Part shown: positions 14,101-26,700 of the stretch, one piece after another | Position numbering within the stretch: the first letter of the stretch is position 1 | How the letters are laid out: every line of letters begins with the position of its first letter | Assembly (NCBI GenBank): GCA_964016885.1 | Contig: OZ024740.1 | Location: 290,656,001-290,720,000, forward strand | From: Eledone cirrhosa | Lineage: Eukaryota | Direction of reading: 5' to 3' | Length of the DNA stretch: 64,000 nt | Program-made: the position numbers and the translations under genes | Notes under the pieces: model-generated | What the model was told of the DNA's origin: nothing | Database searches by the model: none | What the model saw: the letters and a program-made list of their open reading frames with translations, nothing else

Positions 14101-17100
14101 TTTTTATTTGGGTGCCCCGTTTTTTTATGGGGGGGGGGTCCGTTTTTTATTTGGGTGCCCCGTTTTTTATTTGGGTGCCCCGTTTTTTATTTGGGTGCCC
14201 CGTTTTTTTTATGGGGGGGTCCGTTTTTTATTTGGGTGCCCCGTTTTTTATTTGGGTGCCCCGTTTTTTGATGGGGGGGTCCGTTTTTTATTTGGGTGCC
14301 CCGTTTTTTATTTGGGTGCCCCGTTTTTTTATGGGGGGTCCGTTTTTTATTTCGGTGCCCCGTTTTTTGATGGGGGGTCCGTTTTTTATTTGGGTACCCC
14401 GTTTTTTATTTGGGTGCCCCGTTTTTTTATGGGGGGGTCCGTTTTTTTTTGGATACCCCGTTTATTATTTGGGTGCCCCGTTTTTTGATGGGGGGGGTCC
14501 GTTTATTATCTGGGTACCCCGTTTTTTATTTGGGTGCCCCGTTTTTTATTTGGGTGCTCCGTTTTTTATTTGGGTGCCCCGTTTTTTATTTGGGTGCCCC
14601 GTTTTTTTATGGGGGGGTTGGTTTTTTATTTGGGTGCCCCGTTTTTTTATGGTGGGGTCCGTTTTTTATTTGGGTGCCCCGTTTTTTATTTGGGTGCTCC
14701 GTTTTTTATTTGGGTGCTCCGTTTTTTATTTCGGTGCCCCGTTTTTTGATGGGGGGGTCCGTTTTTTATTTGGGTGCCCCGTTTTTTATTTGGGTGCCCC
14801 GTTTTTTTATGGGGGGGGTCCGTTTTTTATTTGGGTGCCCCGTTTCTTATTTGGGTGCCCCGTTTTTTATTTGGGTGCTCCGTTTTTTATTTGGGTGCCC
14901 CGTTTTTTATTTGGGTGCCCCGTTTTTTTATGGGGGGGTCCGTTTTTTATTTGGGTGCCTCGTTTTTTATTTGGGTGCCCCGTTTTTTATTTGGGTGCCC
15001 CGTTTTTTATTTGGGTGCCCCGTTTTTTTATGGGGGGGTCCGTTTTTTATTTGGGTGCCCCGTTTTTTATTTGGGTGCCCCGTTTGTTTATTTGGGTGCC
15101 CCGTTTTTTATTTGGGTGCCCCGTTTTTTATTTGGGTGCCCCGTTTTTTATTTGGGTGCCCCGTTTTTTATTTGGGTGCCCCGTTTTTTTATGGGGGGGG
15201 GTCCGTTTTTTATTTGGGTGCCCCGTTTTTTATTTGGGTGCCCCGTTTTTTTATGGGGGGGTCCGTTTTTTATTTGGGTGCCCCGTTTTTTATTTGGGTG
15301 CCCCGTTTTTTTATGGGGGTCCGTTTTTTATTTCGGTGCCCCGTTTTTTATTTGGGTGCCTCGTTTTTTATTTGGGTGCCCCGTTTTTTTATGGGGGGGG
15401 GGTCCGTTTTTTATTTGGGTGCCCCGTTTTTTATTTGGGTGCCCCGTTTTTTATTTGGGTGCCCCGTTTTTTTATGGGGGGGTCCGTTTTTTATTTGGGT
15501 GCCCCGTTTTTTATTTGGGTGCCCCGTTTTTTTATGGGGGGTCCGTTTTTTATTTCGGTGCCCCGTTTTTTGATGGGGGGTCCGTTTTTTATTTGGGTAC
15601 CCCGTTTTTTATTTGGGTGCCCCGTTTTTTTATGGGGGGGTCCGTTTTTTTTTGGATACCCCGTTTATTATTTGGGTGCCCCGTTTTTTGATGGGGGGGG
15701 TCCGTTTATTATCTGGGTACCCCGTTTTTTATTTGGGTGCCCCGTTTTTTATTTGGGTGCTCCGTTTTTTATTTGGGTGCCCCGTTTTTTATTTGGGTGC
15801 CCCGTTTTTTTATGGGGGGGTTGGTTTTTTATTTGGGTGCCCCGTTTTTTTATGGTGGGGTCCGTTTTTTATTTGGGTGCCCCGTTTTTTATTTGGGTGC
15901 TCCGTTTTTTATTTGGGTGCTCCGTTTTTTATTTCGGTGCCCCGTTTTTTGATGGGGGGGTCCGTTTTTTATTTGGGTGCCCCGTTTTTTATTTGGGTGC
16001 CCCGTTTTTTTATGGGGGGGGTCCGTTTTTTATTTGGGTGCCCCGTTTCTTATTTGGGTGCCCCGTTTTTTATTTGGGTGCTCCGTTTTTTATTTGGGTG
16101 CCCCGTTTTTTATTTGGGTGCCCCGTTTTTTTATGGGGGGGTCCGTTTTTTATTTGGGTGCCTCGTTTTTTATTTGGGTGCCCCGTTTTTTATTTGGGTG
16201 CCCCGTTTTTTATTTGGGTGCCCCGTTTTTTTATGGGGGGGTCCGTTTTTTATTTGGGTGCCCCGTTGTTTTATGGGGGGGTCCGTTTTTTATTTGGCTG
16301 CCCCGTTTTTTATTTGGGTGCCCCGTTTTTTATTTGGGTACCCCGTTTTTTATTTGGGTGCCCCGTTTTTTATTTGGGTGCCCCGTTTTTTTATGGGGGG
16401 GTCCGTTTTTTATTTGGGTGCCCCGTTTTTTATTTGGGTGCCCCGTTTTTTATTTGGGTGCCCCGTTTTTTATTTGGGTGCCCCGTTTTTTATTTGGGTG
16501 CCCCGTTTTTTATTTGGGTGCCCCGTTTTTTTATTTGGGTGCCCCGTTTTTTATTTGGGTGCCCCGTTTGTTTATTTGGGTACCCCGTTTTTTATTTGGG
16601 TGCCCCGTTTTTTTATGGGGGGGGTCCGTTTTTTATTTGGGTACCCCGTTTTTGATTTGGGTACCCCGTTTTTTATTTGGGTACCCCGTTTTTTATTTGG
16701 GTGCCCCGTTTTTTATTTGGGTGCCCCGTTTTTTATTTGGGTGCCCCGTTTTTTATTTGGGTGCCCCGTTTTTTTATTTGGGTGCCCCGTTTTTTATTTG
16801 GGTGCCCCGTTTTTTTATGGGGGGGTCCGTTTTTTAATTGGGTGCCCCGTTTTTTATTTGGGTGCCCCGTTTTTTATTTGGGTGCCCCGTTTTTTTATGG
16901 GGGGGGTCCGTTTTTTATTTGGGTGCCCCGTTTTTTATTTGGGTGCCCCGTTTTTTATTTGGGTGCCCCGTTTGTTTATTTGGGTGCCCCGTTTTTTATT
17001 TGGGTGCCCCGTTTTTTATTTGGGTGCCCCGTTTTTTATTTGGGTGCCCCGTTTTTTATTTGGGTGCCCCGTTTTTTTATGGGGGGGGTCCGTTTTTTAT

Positions 17101-18215
17101 TTGGGTGCCCCGTTTTTTATTTGGGTGCCCCGTTTTTTTATGGGGGGGTCCGTTTTTTATTTGGGTGCCCCGTTTTTTATTTGGGTGCCCCGTTTTTTTA
17201 TGGGGGTCCGTTTTTTATTTCGGTGCCCCGTTTTTTATTTGGGTGCCTCGTTTTTTATTTGGGTGCCCCGTTTTTTTATGGGGGGGGGGTCCGTTTTTTA
17301 TTTGGGTGCCCCGTTTTTTATTTGGGTGCCCCGTTTTTTATTTGGGTGCCCCGTTTTTTTATGGGGGGGTCCGTTTTTTATTTGGGTGCCCCGTTTTTTA
17401 TTTGGGTGCCCCGTTTTTTGATGGGGGGGTCCGTTTTTTATTTGGGTGCCCCGTTTTTTATTTGGGTGCCCCGTTTTTTTTATGGGGGGTCCGTTTTTTA
17501 TTTCGGTGCCCCGTTTTTTGATGGGGGGTCCGTTTTTTATTTGGGTACCCCGTTTTTTATTTGGGTGCCCCGTTTTTTTATGGGGGGGTCCGTTTTTTTT
17601 TGGATACCCCGTTTATTATTTGGGTGCCCCGTTTTTTGATGGGGGGGGTCCGTTTATTATCTGGGTACCCCGTTTTTTATTTGGGTGCCCCGTTTTTTAT
17701 TTGGGTGCTCCGTTTTTTATTTGGGTGCCCCGTTTTTTATTTGGGTGCCCCGTTTTTTTATGGGGGGGTTGGTTTTTTATTTGGGTGCCCCGTTTTTTTA
17801 TGGTGGGGTCCGTTTTTTTATTTGGGTGCCCCGTTTTTTATTTGGGTGCTCCGTTTTTTATTTGGGTGCTCCGTTTTTTATTTCGGTGCCCCGTTTTTTG
17901 ATGGGGGGGTCCGTTTTTTATTTGGGTGCCCCGTTTTTTATTTGGGTGCCCCGTTTTTTTTATGGGGGGGGTCCGTTTTTTATTTGGGTGCCCCGTTTCT
18001 TATTTGGGTGCCCCGTTTTTTATTTGGGTGCTCCGTTTTTTATTTGGGTGCCCCGTTTTTTATTTGGGTGCCCCGTTTTTTTATGGGGGGGTCCGTTTTT
18101 TATTTGGGTGCCTCGTTTTTTATTTGGGTGCCCCGTTTTTTATTTGGGTGCCCCGTTTTTTATTTGGGTGCCCCGTTTTTTTATGGGGGGGTCCGTTTTT
18201 TATTTGGGTGCCCCG
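11170..18215. repeat. Nested expansion: marker cassette repeated four times at spacings 1948, 1203 and 1948 bp (3151-bp super-period)
   Basis: The G7-TTGG variant lies at 12670, 14618, 15821 and 17769, each followed by ATGGTGGGG. ATTTGGCTGC lies at 11191, 13141 and 16292. ORFs at 12586/14534/15737/17685 begin identically. Confidence 0.93.
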
Positions 18216-21200
18216 TTGTTTTATTTGGGTGCCCCGTTTTTTTATGGGGGGTCCGTTTTTTATTTCGGTGCCCCGTTTTTTATTTGGGTGCCCCGTTCTT
18301 TATTTGGGTGCCCCGTTTTTTATTTGGGTGCCCCGTTTTTTATGGGGGGGGTCCGTTTTTCATCTGGGTACCCCGTTTTTTATTTGGGTACCCCGTTTTT
18401 TATTTGGGTGCCCCGTTTTTTTATGGGGGTGTCCGTTTTTTATCTGGGTACCCCGTTTTTTATTTGGGTACCCCGTTTTTTATTTGGGTGCCCCGTTTTT
18501 TATTTGGGTGCCCCGTTTTTTTATGGGGGGGGCCGTTTATTATTTGGGTGCCCCGTTTTTTATTTGGGTGCCCCGTTTTTTTATGGGGGGGGTCCGTTTT
18601 TTATTTCGGTGCCCCGTTATTTATTTGGGTACCCCGTTGTTTATTTGGGTGCCCCGTTTTTTTATGGGGGGGTCCGTTTTTTATTTGGATACCCCGTTTT
18701 TTATTTGGGTGCCCCGTTTTTTATTTGGGTGCCCCGTTTTTTATTTGGGTACCCCGTTATTTATTTGGGTGCCCCGTTTTTTTAAGGGGGGTCCGTTTTT
18801 TATCTGGGTACCCCGTTTTTTATCTGGGTACCCCGTTTTTTATTTGGGTACCCCGTTTTTTATTTGGGTGCCCCGTTTTTTATTTGGGTGCCCCGTTTTT
18901 TATTTGGGTACCCCGTTTTTTATTTGGGTGCCCCGTTTTTTTATGGGGGGGGTCCGTTTTTTATTTGGATACCCCGTTTTTTATTTGGGTGCCCCGTTTT
19001 TTATTTGGGTGCCCCGTTTTTTATTTGGGTGCCCCGTTTTTTATTTGGGTGCCCCGTTTTTTTATGGGGGGTCCGTTTTTTATTTGGATACCCCGTTTTT
19101 TATTTGGGTGCCCCGTTTTTTATTTGGGTGCCCCGTTTTTTATTTAGGTGTCCGTTTTTTTATCTGGGTACCCCGTTTTTTATTTGGATACCCCGTTTTT
19201 TATTTGGGTGTCCCGTTTTTTATTTGGGTGCCCCGTTTTTTATTGGGGTGCCCCGTTTTTTTTATGGGGGGGTCCGTTTTTTATTTGGGTGCCCCGTTTT
19301 TTATTTGGGTGCCCCGTTTTTTATTTGGGTGCCCCGTTTTTTAGGGGGGGGGGCCGTTTTTTATCTGGGTACCCCGTTTTTTATTTGGGTACCCCGTTTT
19401 TTATTTGGGTGCCCCGTCTTTTTATGGGGGGGTCCGTTTTTTATTTGGATACCCCGTTTTTTATTTGGGTGCCCCGTTTTTTATTTGGGTGCCCCGTTTT
19501 TTATTTGGGTACCCCGTTATTTATTTGGGTGCCCCGTTTTTTTAAGGGGGGGTTCGTTTTTTATATGGGGGGGTCCGTTTTTTATTTGGGTGCCCCGTTT
19601 TTTATTTGGGTGCCCCGTTTTTTATTTGGGTGCCCCGTTTTTTATTTGGGTGCCCCGTTTTTTATTTGGGTGCCCCGTTTTTTATTTGGGTGCCCCGTTT
19701 TTTTTATGGGGGGTCCGTTTTTTATTTGGGTGCCCCGTTTTTTTTATGGGGGGGCGTCCGTTTTTTTATTTGGATACCCCGTTTTTTTATGGGGCGGGGT
19801 CCGTTTTTTATCTGGGTTCCCCGTTTTTTATTTGGGTACCCCGTTTTTTATTTGGGTGCCCCGTTTTTTATTTAGGTGCCCCGTTTTTTATGGGGGTGTC
19901 CGTTTTTTATCTGGGTACCCCGTTTTTTATTTGGGTACCCCGTTTTTTATTTGGGTGCCCCGTTTTTTATTTGGGTGCTCCGTTTTTTATTTGGGTGCCC
20001 CGTTTTTTATTTGGGTGCCCCGTTTTTTTATGGGGGGGGGTCCGTTTTTTATCTGGGTACCCCGTTTTTTATTTGGGTACCCCGTTTTTTATTTGGGTGC
20101 CCCGTTTTTTATTTGGGTGCCCCGTTTTTTATTTGGGTACCCCCTTATTTATTTGGGTGCCCCGTTTTTTTATGGGGGGGGTCCGTTTTTTATATGGGGG
20201 GGTCCGTTTTTTATTTGGGTGCCCCGTTTTTTATTTGGGTGCCCCGTTTTTTATTTCGGTGCCCCGTTTTTTATTTGGGTACCCCGTTTTTTATTTGGGT
20301 GCCCCGTTTTTTATTTGGGTGCCCCGTTTTTTTATGGGGGGGGTCCGTTTTTTATTTGGATACCCCGTTCTTTATTTGGGTGCCCCGTTTTTTATTTGGG
20401 TACCCCGTTATTTATTTGGGTGCCCCGTTTTTTTTATGGGGGGGGTCCGTTTTTTATATGGGGGGGGTCCGTTTTTTATTTGGGTGCCCCGTTTTTTATT
20501 TGGGTGCCCCGTTTTTTATTTCGGTGCCCCGTTTTTTATTTGGGTACCCCGTTTTTTATTTGGGTGCCCCGTTTTTTATTTGGGTGCCCCGTTTTTTTAT
20601 GGGGGGGTCCGTTTTTTATTTGGATACCCCGTTTTTTATTTGGGTGCCCCGTTTTTTATTTGGGTGCCCCGTTTTTTATTTGGGTACCCCGTTATTTATT
20701 TGGGTGCCCCGTTTTTTTATGGGGGGGGTCCGTTTTTTATATGGGGGGGTCCGTTTTTTATTTGGGTGCCCCGTTTTTTATTTGGGTGCCCCGTTTTTTA
20801 TTTCGGTGCCCCGTTTTTTTATGGGGGGGTCCGTTTTTTATCTGGGTACCCCGTTTTTTATTTGGGTACCCCGTTTTTTATTTGGGTGCCCCGTTTTTTT
20901 ATGGGGGGGGTCCGTTTTTTATTTGGATACCCCGTTTTTTATTTGGGTGCCCCGTTTTTTATTTGGGTGCCCCGTTTTTTATTTGGGTACCCCGTTATTT
21001 ATTTGGGTGCCCCGTTTTTTTTATGGGGGGGGTCCGTTTTTTATATGGGGGGGTCCGTTTTTTATTTGGGTGCCCCGTTTTTTATTTGGGTGCCCCGGTT
21101 TTTATTTGGGTGCCCCGTTTTTTATTTGGGTACCCCGTTTTTTATTTGGGTGCCCCTTTTTTTTTATGGGGGGGTCCGTTTTTTATTTGGGTGCCCCGTT

Positions 21201-23199
21201 TTTTTATGGGGGGGGTCCGTTTTTTATTTCGGTGCCCCGTTATTTATTTGGGTACCCCGTTGTTTATTTGGGTGCCCCGTTTTTTTTATGGGGGGGTCCG
21301 TTTTTTATTTGGGTGCCCCGTTTTTTTATGGGGGGGGTCCGTTTTTTATCTGGGTACCCCGTTTTTTATTTGGGTACCCCGTTTTTTATTTGGGTGCTCC
21401 GTTTTTTATTTGGGTGCCCCGTTTTTTATTTGGGTGCCCCGTTTTTTTTATGGGGGGGGTCCGTTTTTTATCTGGGTACCCCGTTTTTTATTTGGGTGCC
21501 CCGTTTTTTATTTGGGTGCCCCGTTTTTTATGGGGGTGTCCGTTTTTTATCTGGGTACCCCGTTTTTTATTTGGGTACCCCGTTTTTTATTTGGGTGCCC
21601 CGTTTTTTATTTGGGTGCCCCGTTTTTTTATGGGGCGGGGTCCGTTTTTTATCTGGGTACCCCGTTTTTTATTTGGGTGCCCCGTTTTTTTATGGGGGGG
21701 GTCCGTTTATTATCTGGGAACCCCGTTTTTTATTTGGGTGCCCCGTTTTTTATTTGGGTGCCCCGTTTTTTATTTAGGTGCCCCGTTTTTTATGGGGGTG
21801 TCCGTTTTTTATCTGGGTACCCCGTTTTTTATTTCGGTGCACCGTTTTTTATTTGGGTGCCCCGTTTTTATTTGGGTACCCCGTTTTTTAATTGGGTGCC
21901 CCGTTTTTTATGGGGGGGTCCGTTTTTTATTTGGGTGTCACGTTTTTTATTTGGGTGCACCGTTTTTTATTTGGGTACCCCGTTTTTTATTTGGGTACCC
22001 CGTTTTTTATTTGGGTGCCCCGTTTTTTATTTGGGTGCCCCGTTTTTTATTTAGGTGTCCGTTTTTTTATCTGGGTACCCCGTTTTTTATTTGGGTACCC
22101 CGTTTTTTATTTGGGTGCCCCGTTTTTTATTTGGGTGCCCCGTTTTTTTATGGGGGGGGTCCGTTTTTTATTTGGGTGCCCCGTTTTTTTATGGGGGGGG
22201 TCCGTTTTTTATTTGGGTGCCCCGTTTTTTATTTGGGTGCCCCGTTTTTTATTTGGGTGCCCCGTTTTTTTATGGGGGGGTCCGTTTTTTATTTGGGTGC
22301 CCCGTTTTTTTATGGGGGGGTCCGTTTTTTATTTGGGTGCCCCGTTTTTTATTTGGGTGCCCCGTTTTTTATTTGGGTGCCCCGTTTTTTATTTGGGTGT
22401 CCCGTTTTTTATTTGGGTGCCCCGTTTTTTATTTGGGTGCCCCGTTTTTTGATGGGGGGGTCCATTTTTTATTTGGGTGCCCCGTTTTTTATGGGGAGGT
22501 CCGTTTTTTATTTGGGTGCCCCGTTTTTTATTTGGGTGCCCCGTTTTTTATTTGGGTGCCCCGTTTTTTTATGGGGGGTCCGTTTTTTATTTGGGTGCCT
22601 CGTTTTTTATCTAGGTGCCCCGTTTTTTAGTTGGGTGCCCCGTTTTTTATTTGGGTGCCCCGTTTTTTTATGGGGGGGTCCGTTTTTTATTTGGGTGCCC
22701 CGTTTTTTTATGGGGGGTCCGTTTTTTATTCGGTGCCCCGTTTTTTGATGGGGGGTCCGTTTTTTATTTGGGTGCCCCGTTTTTTATTTGGGTGCCCCGT
22801 TTTTTATTTGGGTGCCCCGTTTTTTTATGGGGGGTCCGTTTTTTATTTGGGTACCCCGTTTTTTATTTGGGTGCCCCGTTTTTATATGGGTGCCCCGTTT
22901 TTTATTTGGGTGCCCCGTTTTTATATGGGTGCCCCGTTTTTTATTTGGGTGCCCCGTTTTTTTATGGGGGGTCCGTTTATTATTTGGGTGCCCCGTTTTT
23001 TTATGGGGGGGTCCGTTTTTTATTTGGGAACCCCATTTTTTATTTGGGTGCCCCGTTTCTTTATGGGGGGGTCCGTTTTTTATTTGGGTGCACCGTTTTT
23101 TTATGGGTGGGTCCGTTTTTATTTCGGTGCCCCGTTTTTTTATGGGGGGTCCGTTTTTTATTTGGGTACCCCGTTTTTTATTTGGGTGCACCGTTTTTT

Positions 23200-23700
23200 A
23201 TTTGGGTACCCCGTTTTTTATTTGTGTGCCTCGTTTTTTATTTGGGTGCCCCGTTTTTTATTTGGGTGCCCCGTTTTTTTATGGGGGGGGTCCGTTTATT
23301 ATCTGGGAACCCCGTTTTTTATTTGGGTGCCCCGTTTTTTATTTGGGTGCCCCGTTTTTTATTTAGGTGCCCCGTTTTTTATGGGGGTGTCCGTTTTTTA
23401 TCTGGGTACCCCGTTTTTTATTTGGGTGCCCTGTTTTTTTATGGGGGGGGTCCGTTTTTTATCTGGGTACCCCGTTTTTTATTTGGGTACCCCGTTTTTT
23501 ATTTGTGTGCCTCGTTTTTTATTTGGGTGCCCCGTTTTTTATTTGGGTGCCCCGTTTTTTTATGGGGGGGGTCCGTTTATTATCTGGGAACCCCGTTTTT
23601 TATTTGGGTGCCCCGTTTTTTATTTGGGTGCCCCGTTTTTTATTTAGGTGCCCCGTTTTTTATGGGGGTGTCCGTTTTTTATCTGGGTACCCCGTTTTTT
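23200..23700. repeat. ~281-bp (14-monomer) tandem duplication, also present at ~32590-33090 and ~46770-47220
   Basis: TTTGTGTGCCTCG at 23221/23502. ORF pairs 23367/23648, 32752/33032 and 46929/47210. Confidence 0.88.
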
Positions 23701-26700
23701 ATTTGGGTGCCCCATTTTTTATTTGGGTGCCCCGTTTTTTATTTGGGTGCCCCGTTTTTTTTATGGGGGGGTCCGTTTTTTTATTTGGGTACCCCGTTTT
23801 TTATTTGGGTGCCCCGTTCTTTTATGGGGGGGTCCGTTTTTTATTTGGGTGCCCCGTTTTTTTATGGGGGGGGTCCGTTTTTTATTTGGGTGCCCCGTTT
23901 TTTTATGGGGGGGTCCGTTTTTTATTTGGGTGCCCCGTTTTCTTATGGGGGGTCCGTTTTTTATTTCGGTGCCCCGTTTTTTGATGGGGGGTCCGTTTTT
24001 TATTTGGGTGCCCCGTTTTTTATTTGGGTGCCCCGTTTTTTTATGGGGGGGTCCGTTTTTTATTTGGGTGCCCCGTTTTTTATTTGGGTGCCCCGTTTTT
24101 TTATTTGGGTACCCCGTTTTTTATTTGGGTGCCCCGTTCTTTTATGGGGGGGTCCGTTTTTTATTTGGGTGCCCCGTTTTTTTATGGGGGGGGTCCGTTT
24201 TTTATTTGGGTGCCCCGTTTTTTTATGGGGGGGGTCCGTTTTTTATTTGGGTGCCCCGTTTTTTTATGGGGGGTCCGTTTTTTATTTCGGTGCCCCGTTT
24301 TTTGATGGGGGGTCCGTTTTTTATTTGGGTGCTCCGTTTTTTATTTGGGTGCCCCGTTTTTTTATGGGGGGGGGTCCGTTTTTTATTTGGGTACCCCGTT
24401 TTTTATTTGGGTGCCCCGTTTTTTTATGGGGGGGTCCGTTTTTTATTTGGGTGCCCCGTTTTTTATTTGGGTGCCCCGTTTTTTATTTGGGTACCCCGTT
24501 TTTTATTTGGGTGCCCCGTTTTTTATTTGGGTGCCCCGTTTTTTTATGGGGGGGTCCGTTTTTTAATTGTGTGCCGCGTTTTTTATTTGGGTGCCCCGTT
24601 TTTTATTTGGGTGCCCCGTTTTTTTATGGGGGGGGGGTCCGTTTTTTATTTGGGTGCCCCGTTTTTTATTTGGGTGCCCCGTTTTTTATTTGGGTGCCCC
24701 GTTTTTTTATTTGGGTACCCCGTTTTTTATTTGGGTGCCCCGTTTTTTATTTGGGTACCCCGTTTTTTATTTGGGTGCACCGTTTTTTATTTGGGTGCCC
24801 CGTTTTTTTATGGGGGGGTCCGTTTTTTATTTGGGTGCCCCGTTTTTTATTTGGGTGCCCCGTTTTTTATTTGGGTGCCCCGTTTTTTATTTGGGTGCCC
24901 CGTTTTTTATTTGGGTGCCCCGTTTTTTATTTGGGTGCCCCGTTTTTTTATTTGGGTGCCCCGTTTTTTTATGGGGGGGGTCCGTTTTTTATTTGGGTAC
25001 CCCGTTTTTTATTTGGGTACCCCGTTTTTTATTTGGGTACCCCGTTTTTTATTTGGGTGCCCCGTTTTTTTATGGGGGGGGGTCCGTTTTTTATTTGGGT
25101 GCCCCGTTTTTTATTTGGGTGCCCCGTTTTTTATTTGGGTGCCCCGTTTTTTTATGGGGGGGTCCGTTTTTTAATTGGGTGCCCCGTTTTTTATTTGGGT
25201 GCCCCGTTTTTTTATGGGGGGGTCCGTTTTTTATTTGGGTGCCCCGTTTTTTATTTGGGTGCCCCGTTTTTTATTTGGGTGCCCCGTTTTTTTATTTGGG
25301 TACCCCGTTTTTTATTTGGGTGCCCCGTTTTTTTATGGGGGGGTCCGTTTTTTATTTGGGTACCCCGTTTTTTATTTGGGTGCCCCGTTTTTTATTTGGG
25401 TGCCCCGTTTTTTTATGGGGGGGGGTCCGTTTTTTATTTGGGTGCCCCGTTTTTTATTTGGGTGCCCCGTTTTTTATTTGGGTGCCCCGTTTTTTTATTT
25501 GGGTACCCCGTTTTTTATTTGGGTGCCCCGTTTTTTTATGGGGGGGTCCGTTTTTTATTTGGGTGCCCCGTTTTTTATTTGGGTGCCCCGTTTTTTTATT
25601 TGGGTGCCCCGTTTTTTATTTGGGTGCCCCGTTTGTTTATTTGGGTACCCCGTTTTTTATTTGGGTGCCCCGTTTTTTATTTGGGTGCCCCGTTTTTTTA
25701 TGGGGGGGTCCGTTTTTTAATTGGGTGCCCCGTTTTTTATTTGGGTGCCACGTTTTTTATTTGGGGGCCCCGTTTTTTTATGGGGGGGTCCGTTTTTTAT
25801 TTGGGTGCCCCGTTTTTTATTTGGGTGCCCCGTTTTTTATTTGGGTGCCCCGTTTTTTTATGGGGGGGTCCGTTTTTTAATTGGGTGCCCCGTTTTTTAT
25901 TTGGGTGCCCCGTTTTTTATTTGGGTGCCCCGTTTTTTTATGGGGGGGTCCGTTTTTTATTTGGGTGCCCCGTTTTTTATTTGGGTGCCCCGTTTTTTAT
26001 TTGGGTGCCCCGTTTTTTTATTTGGGTACCCCGTTTTTTATTTGGGTGCCCCGTTTTTTTATGGGGGGGTCCGTTTTTTATTTGGCTGCCCCGTTTTTTA
26101 TTTGGGTGCCCCGTTTTTTATTTGGGTACCCCGTTTTTTATTTGGGTGCCCCGTTTTTTATTTGGGTGCCCCGTTTTTTTATGGGGGGGTCCGTTTTTTA
26201 TTTGGGTGCCCCGTTTTTTATTTGGGTGCCCCGTTTTTTATTTGGGTACCCCGTTTTTTATTTGGGTGCCCCGTTTTTTATTTGGGTGCCCCGTTTTTTA
26301 TTTGGGTGCCCCGTTTTTTATTTGGGTGCCCCGTTTTTTTATTTGGGTGCCCCGTTTTTTATTTGGGTGCCCCGTTTTTTTATGGGGGGGTCCGTTTTTT
26401 AATTGGGTGCCCCGTTTTTTATTTGGGTGCCCCGTTTTTTATTTGGGTGCCCCGTTTTTTTATGGGGGGGGTCCGTTTTTTATTTGGGTGCCCCGTTTTT
26501 TATTTGGGTGCCCCGTTTTTTATTTGGGTGCCCCGTTTGTTTATTTGGGTGCCCCGTTTTTTATTTGGGTGCCCCGTTTTTTATTTGGGTGCCCCGTTTT
26601 TTATTTGGGTGCCCCGTTTTTTATTTGGGTGCCCCGTTTTTTTATGGGGGGGGTCCGTTTTTTATTTGGGTGCCCCGTTTTTTATTTGGGTGCCCCGTTT

